Shown here in pieces: positions 11,301 through 23,383 of a stretch of 64,000 nt of DNA (its first letter is position 1; each line of letters starts with the position of its first letter). This DNA comes from Eledone cirrhosa (taxonomy: Eukaryota): NCBI GenBank assembly GCA_964016885.1, contig OZ024747.1, forward strand, positions 29,202,001 to 29,266,000, written 5' to 3'. The notes beneath the pieces are model-generated. The model made no database searches and was not told the DNA's origin. It worked only from the letters and a program-made list of their open reading frames with translations. Both the position numbers and the translations under genes were made by a program.

Positions 11301-13299
11301 GCCGATGCATAATAGAGATGATTTAAATCAGTAATGTTTAGTTTGTTTGTGATGATAATGTTTTTGAGAATTATGTTAGTCTTGTGTATTATCTTTTGGT
11401 TCTGTTTGGAGTTCTGGATCTTAGGGAGGGTGTCTCGTTGCCCCATGTCAGATTATTTCATTTTCATCCATTCGATCATAATTTCATCCTTCAAGTTGGC
11501 AAGTTCATTCTCATTCATTTCTTTATCATTTACGATCTCATTATTTTCATTTGGAGTTTCATCTTGAGCATGCACTCCCTCCACTTTTTCGATCCTTTCT
11601 TTAATTTGTTCTGTTGCCAGTGATTCCGCCCCAACCCTGGGATTCGAAGAGTTACAATTTACCTCGTTTTCACTGACACATGTTTCATTTTCCCTTCGCT
11701 GACTTTGTGCTAATAGCTTGATCTGATCAATTTCTATATCAGTTAGTAACTTTTTTTTTACAATATTTCTTCGTATATTGGCTAGTTTGTTACTGTCAAT
11801 ATAGCCTCTGTTTTCGGGATGTTTCTTTTTCCAGTTGATATATGTCTGTTCTGTATTCGATGTATTTGATGGGTAGTACATGGCAGTGTAGAAAGCCTCA
11901 AGGACTTCTTTATTATCTTCCCTTGACCATTTTTCTCTCTTTTTCTTTGGATTTCTTGGTGGTGAGCATGGAGGGCCAACAGTAGGAGTATTCCGGTTAT
12001 GGGAGATCTCCAGCTCCGAAGTGATGGGATGGTTTGAACCATTAGCTGATTTTTCGACCCCAGTCTGGTTCCTCTTTGAGGGACGCGGCCCTTTTTTACC
12101 CGGGTGACGGCCGATCCGGTATGAGATTTTATCATTAGACATTTACTTTATTTTGTCGCGTTTTATCCTTATCCGCCAAGGGGTAATCATTTCGAAACCA
12201 CTTCTAGAACGAGTGTCAACCAAGACTAGAGGGGTCGTTCTTCCCTAGAGACACGGCTATTCCCCGCCGGCCGCCATCGCGGTATTTCTTGGTCACGGGG
12301 TTTTCTTTTTTGTTGTTTTTTAAAATTGTTATTATCATGAGTGGTTCCTTAATGTGAGCATTGCGTGGCTTAAGAATGAAATTATTAATAATTGTCTCCA
12401 CTCCAGGCACAAGACCAGCAATTACCCAGTGTATTACAATAATATAATATACTTTTTGCTGAAGTTGCCTGTTATTGTTGTTGGCTATGTCGGTGGTGGT
12501 GCTGGGGCTTTTTATATTGTTGGTGGGGAAGGGGGAGCCAGCAGTGCCATAGTTGTTGACGTTTGGCCGGTGGCCGGGTCACTAAGTCAATCTATTTATA
12601 TCTTTTGCTAGCCTCTCCCTTGTCTAGTGATACCGCCACCTTCCCCTTTCTTAAGTTAACAGGGGAATAGTGGTGGTAGCAATGAAGGAGTGGTGGCGGT
12701 GGTGATGGGATAGTGGTAGCAATGATAGATGGAGTGGTGGCGGCGGTGGCGTTGTCGTTACTGAGTTTTGTTGAATCGACTAGTTTTGTTTGATCTGTAG
12801 TATATATGCGTTTGTGTCGCGTATGTTTAATATATGTGTTGACATATTCCCTTAATATTGGAATTAAACATTTTGTTAAAACTTGAGACAATAATAATAG
12901 TAATTATTATTATGATGCTGGGATTGGTGGTGGTGAAATTGCCGTTATCTGGCTGTTATATTTAGTGTACACAGCGGGGTGATGGGGTAGGTGGTGTATC
13001 TAGTTTCTGGTGTTGGTGAAATTGCTGTTATTTGGCTGTTCTATATAGTGTAGACAGAGGGGGTTTCCTTCCATTTATAACCATTTTCTTTTTTGAATAT
13101 AAAATATATAATACAAAATTGAATATTTGAGCGATATAACAATATATTATGGATCCGAATTTTTATGAGACTTGATTCGGTGATTTATGCATCATTTGTA
13201 CTAAGAATTGTTATTTCACAATTGATTTAAATATGTTAAAAATCAAAAACTTACGGGAGCGATTTCATGACCTTCTACCACCACGTGCGTCATCTTCCC
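8348..13299 (-). mobile_element. R4/Dong-clade non-LTR retrotransposon (RLE type), copy 1, including a ~1.1 kb 5' leader
   Basis: Single disrupted ORF with RT and PD-(D/E)xK endonuclease. Bounded by (TAA)n, the established target of Dong. Paralogous to 13372-18532. Confidence 0.9.
8492..12142 (-). pseudogene. R4/Dong ORF (N-terminal Myb-like region, RT, CCHC, restriction-like endonuclease) with 4 in-frame stops and no frameshift
   Basis: ORF pieces 11453-12142, 11231-11446, 9971-11128, 9353-9952 and 8492-9331 are all in one frame. Motifs KWSREDN, FQGDSLSP, FYMDD, CRVC-x8-H-x4-C, RHD and RPDII..IDMSVP..KY. Confidence 0.9.

Positions 13300-13371
<72 letters not shown>
13300..13371 (+). repeat. 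(ATT)n microsatellite (~24 units) between Dong copies
   Basis: Read directly from sequence. Confidence 0.97.
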
Positions 13372-13372
<1 letters not shown>

Positions 13373-16300
13373 AGTTGCATTTATCTTGCTTTATGTTCAT
13401 ACGAGTTATCACAAAGTCACAACCAGTGACCTCAAGAGACAACAAGGTCCGCCATGTTCAAGAAAGAACATACATATTCACACATGCATCTTGAGTGTTT
13501 AGACTTGTGATGTACTTATATTGACAGAATCTTACTTAGTATATATGGACAGTTCCCATTAGTACTATCTTTTGTATTTCTCCTATACGCGGGTTTTCTG
13601 GGATTTGCGATAAGTAATCATTAGACCCCTTAGGTATCATCCCCAGAGCGCCCACAACCCCTGGTATTGTTTTAGTTCTCAATTTCCACATTTTTCCAAT
13701 TTCTATCTCCAGGTCCTTATACTTGCTCAATTTTTCAAATGTTTTTATAGATACATTCTTGTCTATTGGAACAGACATATCAATTAGCAGGCATACCCTC
13801 TTTTGAAAGTCTTTCAATATTATATCAGGTCTGTTTGCATCTATTTTTCGGTCTGTTTGGATGCTAAAGTTCCACAAGATTGAGATGTGATCTTTTTCAA
13901 GTATGGGAGGTGGTTGATGCTCCCACCAATTCTTTTGATGGGGCAGATCAAAATGCTTACACATTATCCAATGTATGTATTGTGCAGCTCTGTCATGCCT
14001 GTTTAGGTATTCGGTTGGAGCTATAGGACTGCACATTGAAATTATATGGTCAATGGTCTCTGGTTGTTTTTTGCATACACGGCATAATGGGCTGCACCCA
14101 TTTTTTATTATGTTGGCTTGGTAATTTTTTGTTGGCAGACACTGATCTTGTGCCGATATAATCAGTCCTTCAGTCTCCGATTTCAGTCCAGAGGATGCCA
14201 ACCACTGATGGGTTAAAGTTTTGTCAACATCAGGATTGTTAGCTCGCTCTGGGTATTTTCCATACAGAGGCTTTTCTTGCCATTTCTTAGCCAGTTTCTG
14301 TAGCAGTTCTTTCTTTGCAGTTACTTTTACCTGCTTTGCTTTTTCTGTGTTTTCCATTTCAGCAGTAAATGGGACTTCTCAAATTTGTAGTCCATTACTG
14401 TATCTTTGTGCATCTTTTGTAATGGAATATGATCTTTTGATGCTTTCGTGTTTCAAAACGAGTTTGATCATCCAATCATGTGATTCCCTTAGATATGTAG
14501 ATAATCCAATTGTTGCAGTTTTCAACGCAATGTCTAACTGGATTAACCCACGTCCTCCTTCTTTCCTAGGGAGATATATTCTATCTATATCTGCCTTAGG
14601 GTGATGCATTCTGTGCATGGTTAAGAATTTTCGAATTTTTGTATCGAGCCTACGGATCTCTGTGCTTGACCAGTTGATGACATTGTAACTGTAGGTTACT
14701 ACTGGTATGGCGAGCGTGTTTATGGCATCGATCCTATTCCTTGCATTCAATTCCGTTCTTAAGATTGCTCTTACTCTGCGGTAACATTCCTTCCTTATCC
14801 TTTCCCTCATTGTCGAGTGCTTGATCCGTCTCCTTCACAAACACCTAGATATTTGTAAATTTTTTCTTGATCAAGTTCTCTTATCACGTTCCCCCGATCA
14901 AGATTAATGTCTGAACTCTTCAGCAGCTTTCCTCTGGTGAACGTTGCTTTGGCGCATTTATCTAGTCCAAACTCCATTTTAATGTCATCACTGAACTGCT
15001 TCACAGTGGATAATAGCCCTTGCAATTGTTCATCATTTTTTGCAAATAGTTTCAGGTCATCCATGTAGAACAGGTGATTAATGGTTTTGTCATAGACTTT
15101 ATATCCATGTTTTGTTTCATTGAGCATTTTACTTAATGTGCGATGCAGAATAAGTGCGATGCAGAATAAAAGCGGTGATAAAGAGTCACCCTGAAAAATT
15201 CCACAATTAATATTAACTTCTCCAGCTTACAGTGATTTTGTTTCACTATTCAAAAGGAGTGTCGTTTTCCATGTCTTCATACTGAATGACAAAAACCTCC
15301 TGACAACGGGGGATATTTTGAAAATCTCTAAACATTTTTCAATCCAACTGTGTGGCAAACTATCAAATGCTTTTTTATAATCTATCCAAGCAATCGATAG
15401 ATTTTTGTGTCTATTATGACAATTTTCCAGTATCATTTTGTTAACCAGAAGCTGATCCTTACAGCCATATGAGCCTCGTTTACACCCTTTCTGCTCAATG
15501 GGAAATAGGTCATTTGTTATCAGGTGGTCATATGTGTATTCAGTTAGGACTGATGTTAAAATTTTATACATTGTGGTCAAGCAAGTTATCGGTCTGTAAT
15601 TTTGGGGATTGTTTGTCTCATCATTCTTCGGAAGCAGAAATGTAATGCCGTTAACTAGCCATGAAGGTATCTTTTCTGGCTCCTTAACTATTTCATTGTA
15701 AAGTTGGGCTAACAGCTCATGAGACTCTGTGAAGGCATTTATCCAAAAGTTTTGTATTTTGTCTTTTCCTGGGGATTTCCATTTGCTGGATTTTCTTAGA
15801 GCCAAGCGCAACTGTTCAACTGTTATATTTTCCCATGTTTGTTCCTCAAGGTGAGCTGTATCTTTCATTTGTCTGTCTATCCATGGGGCATGTATGTTAT
15901 GAACTTTTTCTTCGGCCCAGATCTTTTCCCAGAATTCTTGCACTTCCTCCTTGGGTGGTATTGATTTAGCAGTTATTGTTGACTTACCAATTTTTCTGTA
16001 GAAGTTTCTTTGGTTGTTTTTGAACATATTATTGTCCTTATAGAATCTAGATCGTTTTTCAAAGCGCCTTATACGAGCAGCTTTGGCCGACACTTTTTAC
16101 TTGATTATTTCTATCAGCATGTCTATGTCACTTGTTGATTTTATACTGTACTTTCTTTTCAATTTTCTAAGTTTAGTTTGTTTAACATGTTCACCTACTT
16201 TATAGTTTGTTAAAATTTCTATGTCAGATCGGAGAAGGTTTATTTGGCGATTGATGTTCTCTTGTCAAGTAGATTTCTTGTGGGAATTCCTTTGTTTTTT

Positions 16301-18532
16301 CATCTTCACTCCACATAAGTGAGTGGTGACTTTAGCCGATGCATAATAGAGATGATTTAAATCAGTAATGTTTAGTTTGTTTGTGATGATAATGTTTTTG
16401 AGAATTATGTTAGTCTTGTGTATTATCTTTTGGTTCTGTTTGGAGTTCTGGATCTTAGGGAGGGTGTCTCGTTGCCCCATGTCAGATTATTTCATTTTCA
16501 TCCATTCGATCATAATTTCATCCTTCAAGTTGGCAAGTTCATTCTCATTCATTTCTTTATCATTTACGATCTCATTATTTTCATTTGGAGTTTCATCTTG
16601 AGCATGCACTCCCTCCACTTTTTCGATCCTTTCTTTAATTTGTTCTGTTGCCAGTGATTCCGCCCCAACCCTGGGATTCGAAGTGTTACAATTTACCTCG
16701 TTTTCACTGACACATGTTTCATTTTCCCTTCGCTGACTTTGTGCTAATAGCTTGATCTGATCAATTTCTATATCAGTTAGTAACTTTTTTCTTACAATAT
16801 TTCTTCGTATATTGGCTAGTTTGTTACTGTCAATATAGCCTCTGTTTTCGGGATGTTTCTTTTTCCAGTTGATATATGTCTGTTCTGTATTCGATGTATT
16901 TGATGGGTAGTACATGGCAGTGTAGAAAGCCCCAAGGACTTCTTTATTATCTTCCCTTGACCATTTTTCTCTCTTTTTCTTTGGATTTCTTGGTGGTGAG
17001 CATGGAGGGCCAACAGTAGGAGTATTCCGGTTATGGGAGGTCTCCAGCTCCGAAGTGATGGGAAGGTTTGAACCATTAGCTGATTTTTCGACCCCAGTCT
17101 GGTTCCTCTCTGAGGGACGCGGCCCTTTTTTACCCGGGTGACGACCGATCCGGTATGAGATTTTATCATTAGACATTTACTTTATTTTGTCGCGTTTTAT
17201 CCTTATCCGCCAAGGGGTAATCATTTCGTGTTACCACTTCTAGAACGAGTGTCAACCAAGACTAGAGGGGTCGTTCTCCCCTAGAGACACGGCTATTCCC
17301 CGCCGGCCGCCATCGCGGAATTTCTTGGTCACGGGGTTTTCTTTTTGTTGTTTTTTAAAATTGTTATTATCATGAGTGGTTCCTTAATGTGAGCATTGCG
17401 TGGCTTAAGAATGAAATTATTAATAATTGTCTCCACTCCAGGCACAAGGCCAGCAATCACCCAGTGCATTACAATAATATAATATACTTTTTGTTGTAGT
17501 TGGCTGTTATTGTTGTTGGCTATGTCGGTGGTGGTGCCGGGGCTTTTTATATTGTTGGTGAGGAAGGGGTGAGCCAGCAGTCCCATAGTTGTTGATGTTG
17601 ACGTTTGGCCGGTGGCCAGGTCACTAAGTCAATCTATTTATATCTTTTGCAAGCCTCTCCCTTGTCTAGTGATACCGCCACCTTCTCCTTTCTCTCTCAA
17701 GTTAACAGGGGAATAGTGGTGGTAGCATTGAAGGAGTGGTGGCGGCGACGATGGGATAGTGGTAGCAATGATGGATGGGGTGGGGTGGTGGCAGCGGTGG
17801 CGTTGTGGTTACTGATATGTAGTATCTATGAGTTTGTGTTCGTATGTTTAATATATATTTTTATTATATTTTGTGTTGACATATTCCCGTAAAATTGGAA
17901 TTAAACATTTTTTTTAAATTTGAGACAATAATAATAGTAATTCTATAATGTGGTGGCAGCAGCCAGCGGGAAGATGTGGGAGACAGTAGCGGCGGTATCG
18001 ATACTGAGACAGTGGTGGTGGTGATGTCGATACCGAGGCAGTGGTGGTGGTGATGTGATCGTATTACTGTAGTGATGGTGTTGTAGCGGTGGTAGCAATG
18101 AAGGAGTGGTGGCGGCGGTGATGGGATAGTGGTGGTAATGATGGCAGTAGTGAGTGGTGGTGGTGAAATTGCCGTTATCTGGCTGTTGTGTTTAGTGTAC
18201 ACAGAGAGGTGATGGGGTAGGTGTTGTATCTAGTTTCTGGTGTTGGTGAGATTGGTGTTGTTTGGCTGTTCTATATAGCGTAGACAGAGGAGGGGGGGGG
18301 TTATTCTTCCATTTATAGCCATTTTCTTTTTTGAATATACAATGTACAATACAAAGTTGAATATTTGAATATTTGAGCCTTATAACAATATATTTTGGGT
18401 CCGAATTTTTTTGGGCTCAAGCCGGATGCTTTACGTAGCATTTGTACTAAGAGTTGTTATTTCACAAATGATTTAAATATGTTAAAAATTCAAAACTTAC
18501 GGGAGCGATTTCATGACCTTCCGCCACCTCGT
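13372..18532 (-). mobile_element. R4/Dong-clade non-LTR retrotransposon, copy 2
   Basis: Same 3' end as copy 1 (cagttgcatttatcttg...). Same ORF remnants, with a longer and more diverged 5' leader. Bounded by (TAA)n. Confidence 0.9.
13518..17176 (-). pseudogene. R4/Dong ORF, copy 2, with stops and frameshifts
   Basis: Three stops are shared with copy 1. Private lesions: stops near 16099 and 15227, a local duplication at ~15139-15170, a 1-bp deletion near 14824, and a 2-bp insertion near 13541. Confidence 0.88.
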
Positions 18533-18570
18533 AATTATTATTATTATTATTATTATTACTATTATTATAT
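18533..18570 (+). repeat. (ATT)n microsatellite
   Basis: Read directly from sequence. Confidence 0.95.
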
Positions 18571-18572
18571 AA

Positions 18573-18800
18573 GGGCGGTGCATTGGCAGTATCGGTTGAG
18601 CGCCGGACAACATGCTTTGTAGCAGAGAGTCACGGCCCTTTACGTTCTGCGTTCAAATCCCGCCGAGGTTAGCTTTGCCTTTCATCCTTACCGGATCGAT
18701 AAAATAAAGTACCAGTAACACACTGGTGTCGATTTAATCGACTTTCCCCTCCCCTCAAATTGCTGGCCTTGTGCCAAAATCAGAAACCATTATTATTATT
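18573..18800 (+). mobile_element. tRNA-derived SINE with (ATT)n tail
   Basis: Pol III A-box TGGCAGTATCGG (~18584) and B-box GTTCAAATCC (18651-18660). The body matches minus-strand relics at 27626-27740 and 28370-28557. Confidence 0.85.
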
Positions 18801-19207
18801 ATATATTCGGTTAGCAATTATTAATTTATTCGGTTTACTTAATAAGCTGTATACACCGTTAGCTTATTAGCATGCAGTTACTAGTTCCTTTCACTTCGTC
18901 AAATGACGTAAATTTAATTCTAGCAAATATCTCTGTATACTTGCAGCGGAAGTTTTTTTGCGCGTCCACGCGTGTATTCATTATGTTTTTCTGAGTTTTC
19001 AATATCATATTTGTACGTTTATATATACGTCCACAAATTTTGAAATATGTCAGTTACCGAAGATCCTGGAGAAGATGGAAGTAAAGATTTTGTGTTAAAA
19101 TTAAAATTTGTTTAAATAATAAATATTTACTCTACGGTTATTTACGCAAGGTCACTGGGATTTTGCCTTTTGAAATGTGTACCTATATATATATATTGTA
19201 TACATGT

Positions 19208-19255
<48 letters not shown>

Positions 19256-19263
19256 ACCTTTTT

Positions 19264-19314
19264 AGTTTCAGAAGATCCCGTTAAGGGTGAAAGCAGCGAT
19301 TCTTTGCTTAAACT
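19264..19314 (+). ncRNA. Type I hammerhead ribozyme-like motif (variant or degenerate core)
   Basis: Stem I AGTTT/AAACT; core CAGAAGA (consensus CUGANGA); stem II CCC/GGG; GAAA; stem III GCA/TGC; cleavage triplet CUU. Confidence 0.5.
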
Positions 19315-19439
19315 TTAATCTGTTATTTTAATAAATATTTGCTCTACGATTCTTATATATTTGATATATATTTATCCTTACCGAGCCCTCTTTGGATTTT
19401 AGTCTTCAAATTTATTATTATTACTATATATATATATAT

Positions 19440-19650
19440 ATATATTGGTAAACGGAATAGAAAATGCTGACAAATTGTTCACAGTTGAAAAATGGTTTAA
19501 TTAGGAATAAAAGAGTATTAGTAATTGTATGGGTTAGTATTCAGTTGTGGTTTTAAGTTTTGAAGTTTTTACCGGTTGCGCATTTCTAAATGCTTTTCAA
19601 AAATAATTTTGAGATAGAGTGTCCGTGTTGTTTGCTCTGATCAGAGCAAA
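19440..19650. repeat. ~200-bp direct copy of 20153-20355 ending in a 20-bp perfect palindrome
   Basis: tatattggtaaacggaatag...gtttgctctgatc is repeated. TTTGCTCTGA|TCAGAGCAAA lies at 19631-19650. Confidence 0.88.
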
Positions 19651-19798
19651 ATAGAATTAAGAAAATATATTTAATTTGAATTTAAATAAAATTCAGAAAT
19701 ATAACTAGATTCTTTAAAATTTAATGAAATCACTGATGGCTTTTTAATTATGCATACACGTCTATCTATGTGTATATAACGTTTCCATATGTGGTGAT

Positions 19799-20123
<325 letters not shown>

Positions 20124-20731
20124 AAAGAATAGAGGTGTAACACACAAGTTATTATATATTGGTAAACGGAATAGAAAATGCTGACAAATTGTTCACAGTT
20201 GAAAAATGGTTTAATTAGGAATAAAAGAGTATTAGTGATTGTATGGGTTAGTATTCAGTTGTGGTTTTAAGTTTTTAACTTGTTACCGGTTGCGCATTTC
20301 TAAATGCTTTTCAAAAATAATTTTGAGATAGAGTGTCCGTGCTGTTTGCTCTGATCTGATTAGTTTTGGGAATTCTACCTGTTTTTATGTTAAAAAAGTG
20401 GCTCCAGCGTTACTTTGGTGTTGCAAAATTTCTTGTGGTCAAAACAATTTTAATTGGTCGGTAGAGGTCATGTGAGTGTAAAAAATTGATTTTGCGCCAA
20501 GACTGTTTTTATGTTAAAAAAGTGGCTCCAGCAACAATTCTTGTGGTCAAAACAATTTTGATTGGTCGGTAGAGGTCATGTGAATAAAAAATTGGTTTTG
20601 CGCCAAGATTGAGAAATGACTCTTTCACAACAAATGTGTGTGTGTGTGTGTGTGTGTGTAGTAGTAGTAGTAGTAAGGTGTTCGATGTTGTGATAATGGT
20701 TAGCAGCGATGTGTGTCAAATGGCTATTGAG

Positions 20732-20814
<83 letters not shown>

Positions 20815-20983
20815 GCAGAGTAATTCGTGGTGGCAGGGATGGTCAGTAAGAATGTGTCTGAAAGCAATGGGGGGTATTTTAGCATGTCAAAAGATATTTT
20901 TCAGCTTTTGTCTTATACGGAGAAGTGCGTGTGTGTGTCTGTGTGTATATAAGTCTCTTTGTATGTTGATGTACGCGTGTGTA

Positions 20984-21072
<89 letters not shown>

Positions 21073-21406
21073 ATGGACCAGTATTTTTTTCCCCCTGGTA
21101 AAATGGTGTACATTATTCGATTTTTTTCAGTAAAATCGGTTCTCTTAATAGAAGATCAAAAATCTTAACAATAAAAGGTGTGAAATGATATCCACTATAT
21201 ATATATACACACATACATATATTCACTATATACATATATATATATATATACATATATACATATATATACACATATATATGCACATATATTTTTTTGTGTT
21301 GCACCATAGAGCATGTGTGTTTACGTATGTCATTGTGTTTATATGTGGGTAGAGATGTGTGCTGATGTAGGTATGTATGTTGACGTGTGTATGTTGTGGC
21401 TTCGTC

Positions 21407-22225
21407 TTAGGGAGAAGTGTTTAGACGGGGTCCGTATTTGTTAATGAAGTAAGATTCCTTGCTGATGCGCTGGGTGTGGGTGGCATTATCTTTAAATTTG
21501 TAGAGGGGAAAGATTCTGAAGTTGGGATGATTTTGGGCGGCACAGGTATCAATGTGTTCACTCAGTGGTATTTTCCTGTATTCCCGTATTTTAATTTGGG
21601 ATCTATGGACAGTCATGCGTTGGCGGAGGTTGTTTTTGGTCTGGCCTATGTATTGTTCTCGACAACCTGAACAAGTTAATACATATATTAGATTTTCCGA
21701 TGCACATGTGAAATTGTGTTTTACTATAAAACGTTGTCCATCTTTGAAATAGAATTCCGAACCCTCTATTAGGTTGATGCAAATTCCACAGATGGGTCTA
21801 TCGCATATTTTTACTGTGGGTTTCGTTGTTGTGGTTGGCAGTACTTTGGCATGTGTTAAGATGTTTTTCATTGACTTGGATTGTCTTTTGCTCTTTATGA
21901 TATCGTGTGTTCGTAGAATTTGGTTCATTCTATGGTCCTTTTTCAATACAGGGATGTTCTGGAGGATGGTGTCAAAGGCCTCATTGTTGAGGGGGTTGTG
22001 TGTGGAGATGTATGGAAGAGCTTTTAGTTTCGGTTGATTTACTTTAGGGTGTCTAAGGTCCTGGGTACTGAGTTTTAGGGCACGTTGGATTCCATTGTCA
22101 ATTAGTGATGCATGGTAGTCCCTGCCTATGAGTGTGTCCTTTAGTTCTTGTAGCCGTAAGTAACATGTGTTTTTATTGGAGACTATAGTACAGATTCTCT
22201 TGGCTAAGTTGTAAGGAATATTAAT
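21407..22225 (-). pseudogene. Penelope-like (probably Neptune-type) ORF C-terminus: end of RT thumb, Cys-rich linker, GIY-YIG endonuclease
   Basis: NIPYNLAKRICTIVS, ALPYISTHNP, CDRPICGIC, NLIYVLTCSGCREQYIGQT, LRQRMTVH and KESYFI..LN. The predicted N-terminus (22226-22348) is minisatellite translation. Confidence 0.88.
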
Positions 22226-22410
22226 TTTATACATACACACGTATTTATACATACACACGTATTTATACATACACATATTTATACATACACACGTATTTAT
22301 ACATACACACCTATTTATACATACACACGTATTTATACATACACACATTTATAGTATAGATATATAGATATATATATAGATATATAGATATATATAAGTA
22401 TAGATATATA
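22226..22410. repeat. 18-bp minisatellite (ATTTATACATACACACGT) plus AT-rich tract; inverted copy at 24575-24845
   Basis: Tandem units are visible, and the reverse complement is at 24575-24845. Confidence 0.88.
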
Positions 22411-22932
22411 TACATACCTACATCAGCACACATCTCTACCCACATATAAACACAATGACATACGTAAACACACATGCTCTATGGTGCAACACAAAAAAAT
22501 ATATGTGCATATATATGTGTATATATATGTATATATGTATATATATATATATATGTATATAGTGAATATATGTATGTGTGTATATATATATAGTGAATAT
22601 CATTTCACACCTTTTATTGTTAAGATTTTTGATGTTCTATTAAGAACCGATTTTACTGAAAAAATCGAATAATGTACACCATTTTACCAGGGGGAAAAAA
22701 TACTGGTCCACCCACACACACACCCCCACACACACACACACACACATATATATATACACACACACATACACACGCGTACATCAACATACAAAGAGACTTA
22801 TATACACACACACACACACACACACACGCACTTCTCCGTATAAGACAAAAGCTGAAAAATATCTTTTGACATGCTAAAATTGCTTTCAGACACATTCTTA
22901 CTGACCATCCCTGCCACCACGAATTACTCTGC

Positions 22933-23071
<139 letters not shown>

Positions 23072-23138
23072 CTCAATAGCCATTTGACACACATCGCTGC
23101 TAACCATTATCACAACATCGAACACCTTACTACTACTA

Positions 23139-23192
<54 letters not shown>

Positions 23193-23259
23193 CTCAATAG
23201 CCATTTGACACACATCGCTGCTAACCATTATCACAATATCGAACACCTTACTACTACTA

Positions 23260-23383
<124 letters not shown>

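Noticed and set aside
2388-18570. Target-site duplications for the LINEs
   Set aside because: They cannot be defined inside (ATT)n tracts.
18573-18670. tRNA gene
   Set aside because: A and B boxes are present but there is no cloverleaf. It continues into a repeated body and ATT tail, so it is a SINE.
22226-22348. N-terminus of the 313-aa GIY-YIG ORF as a genuine start
   Set aside because: It is translated 18-bp minisatellite fused at the element's truncation point.
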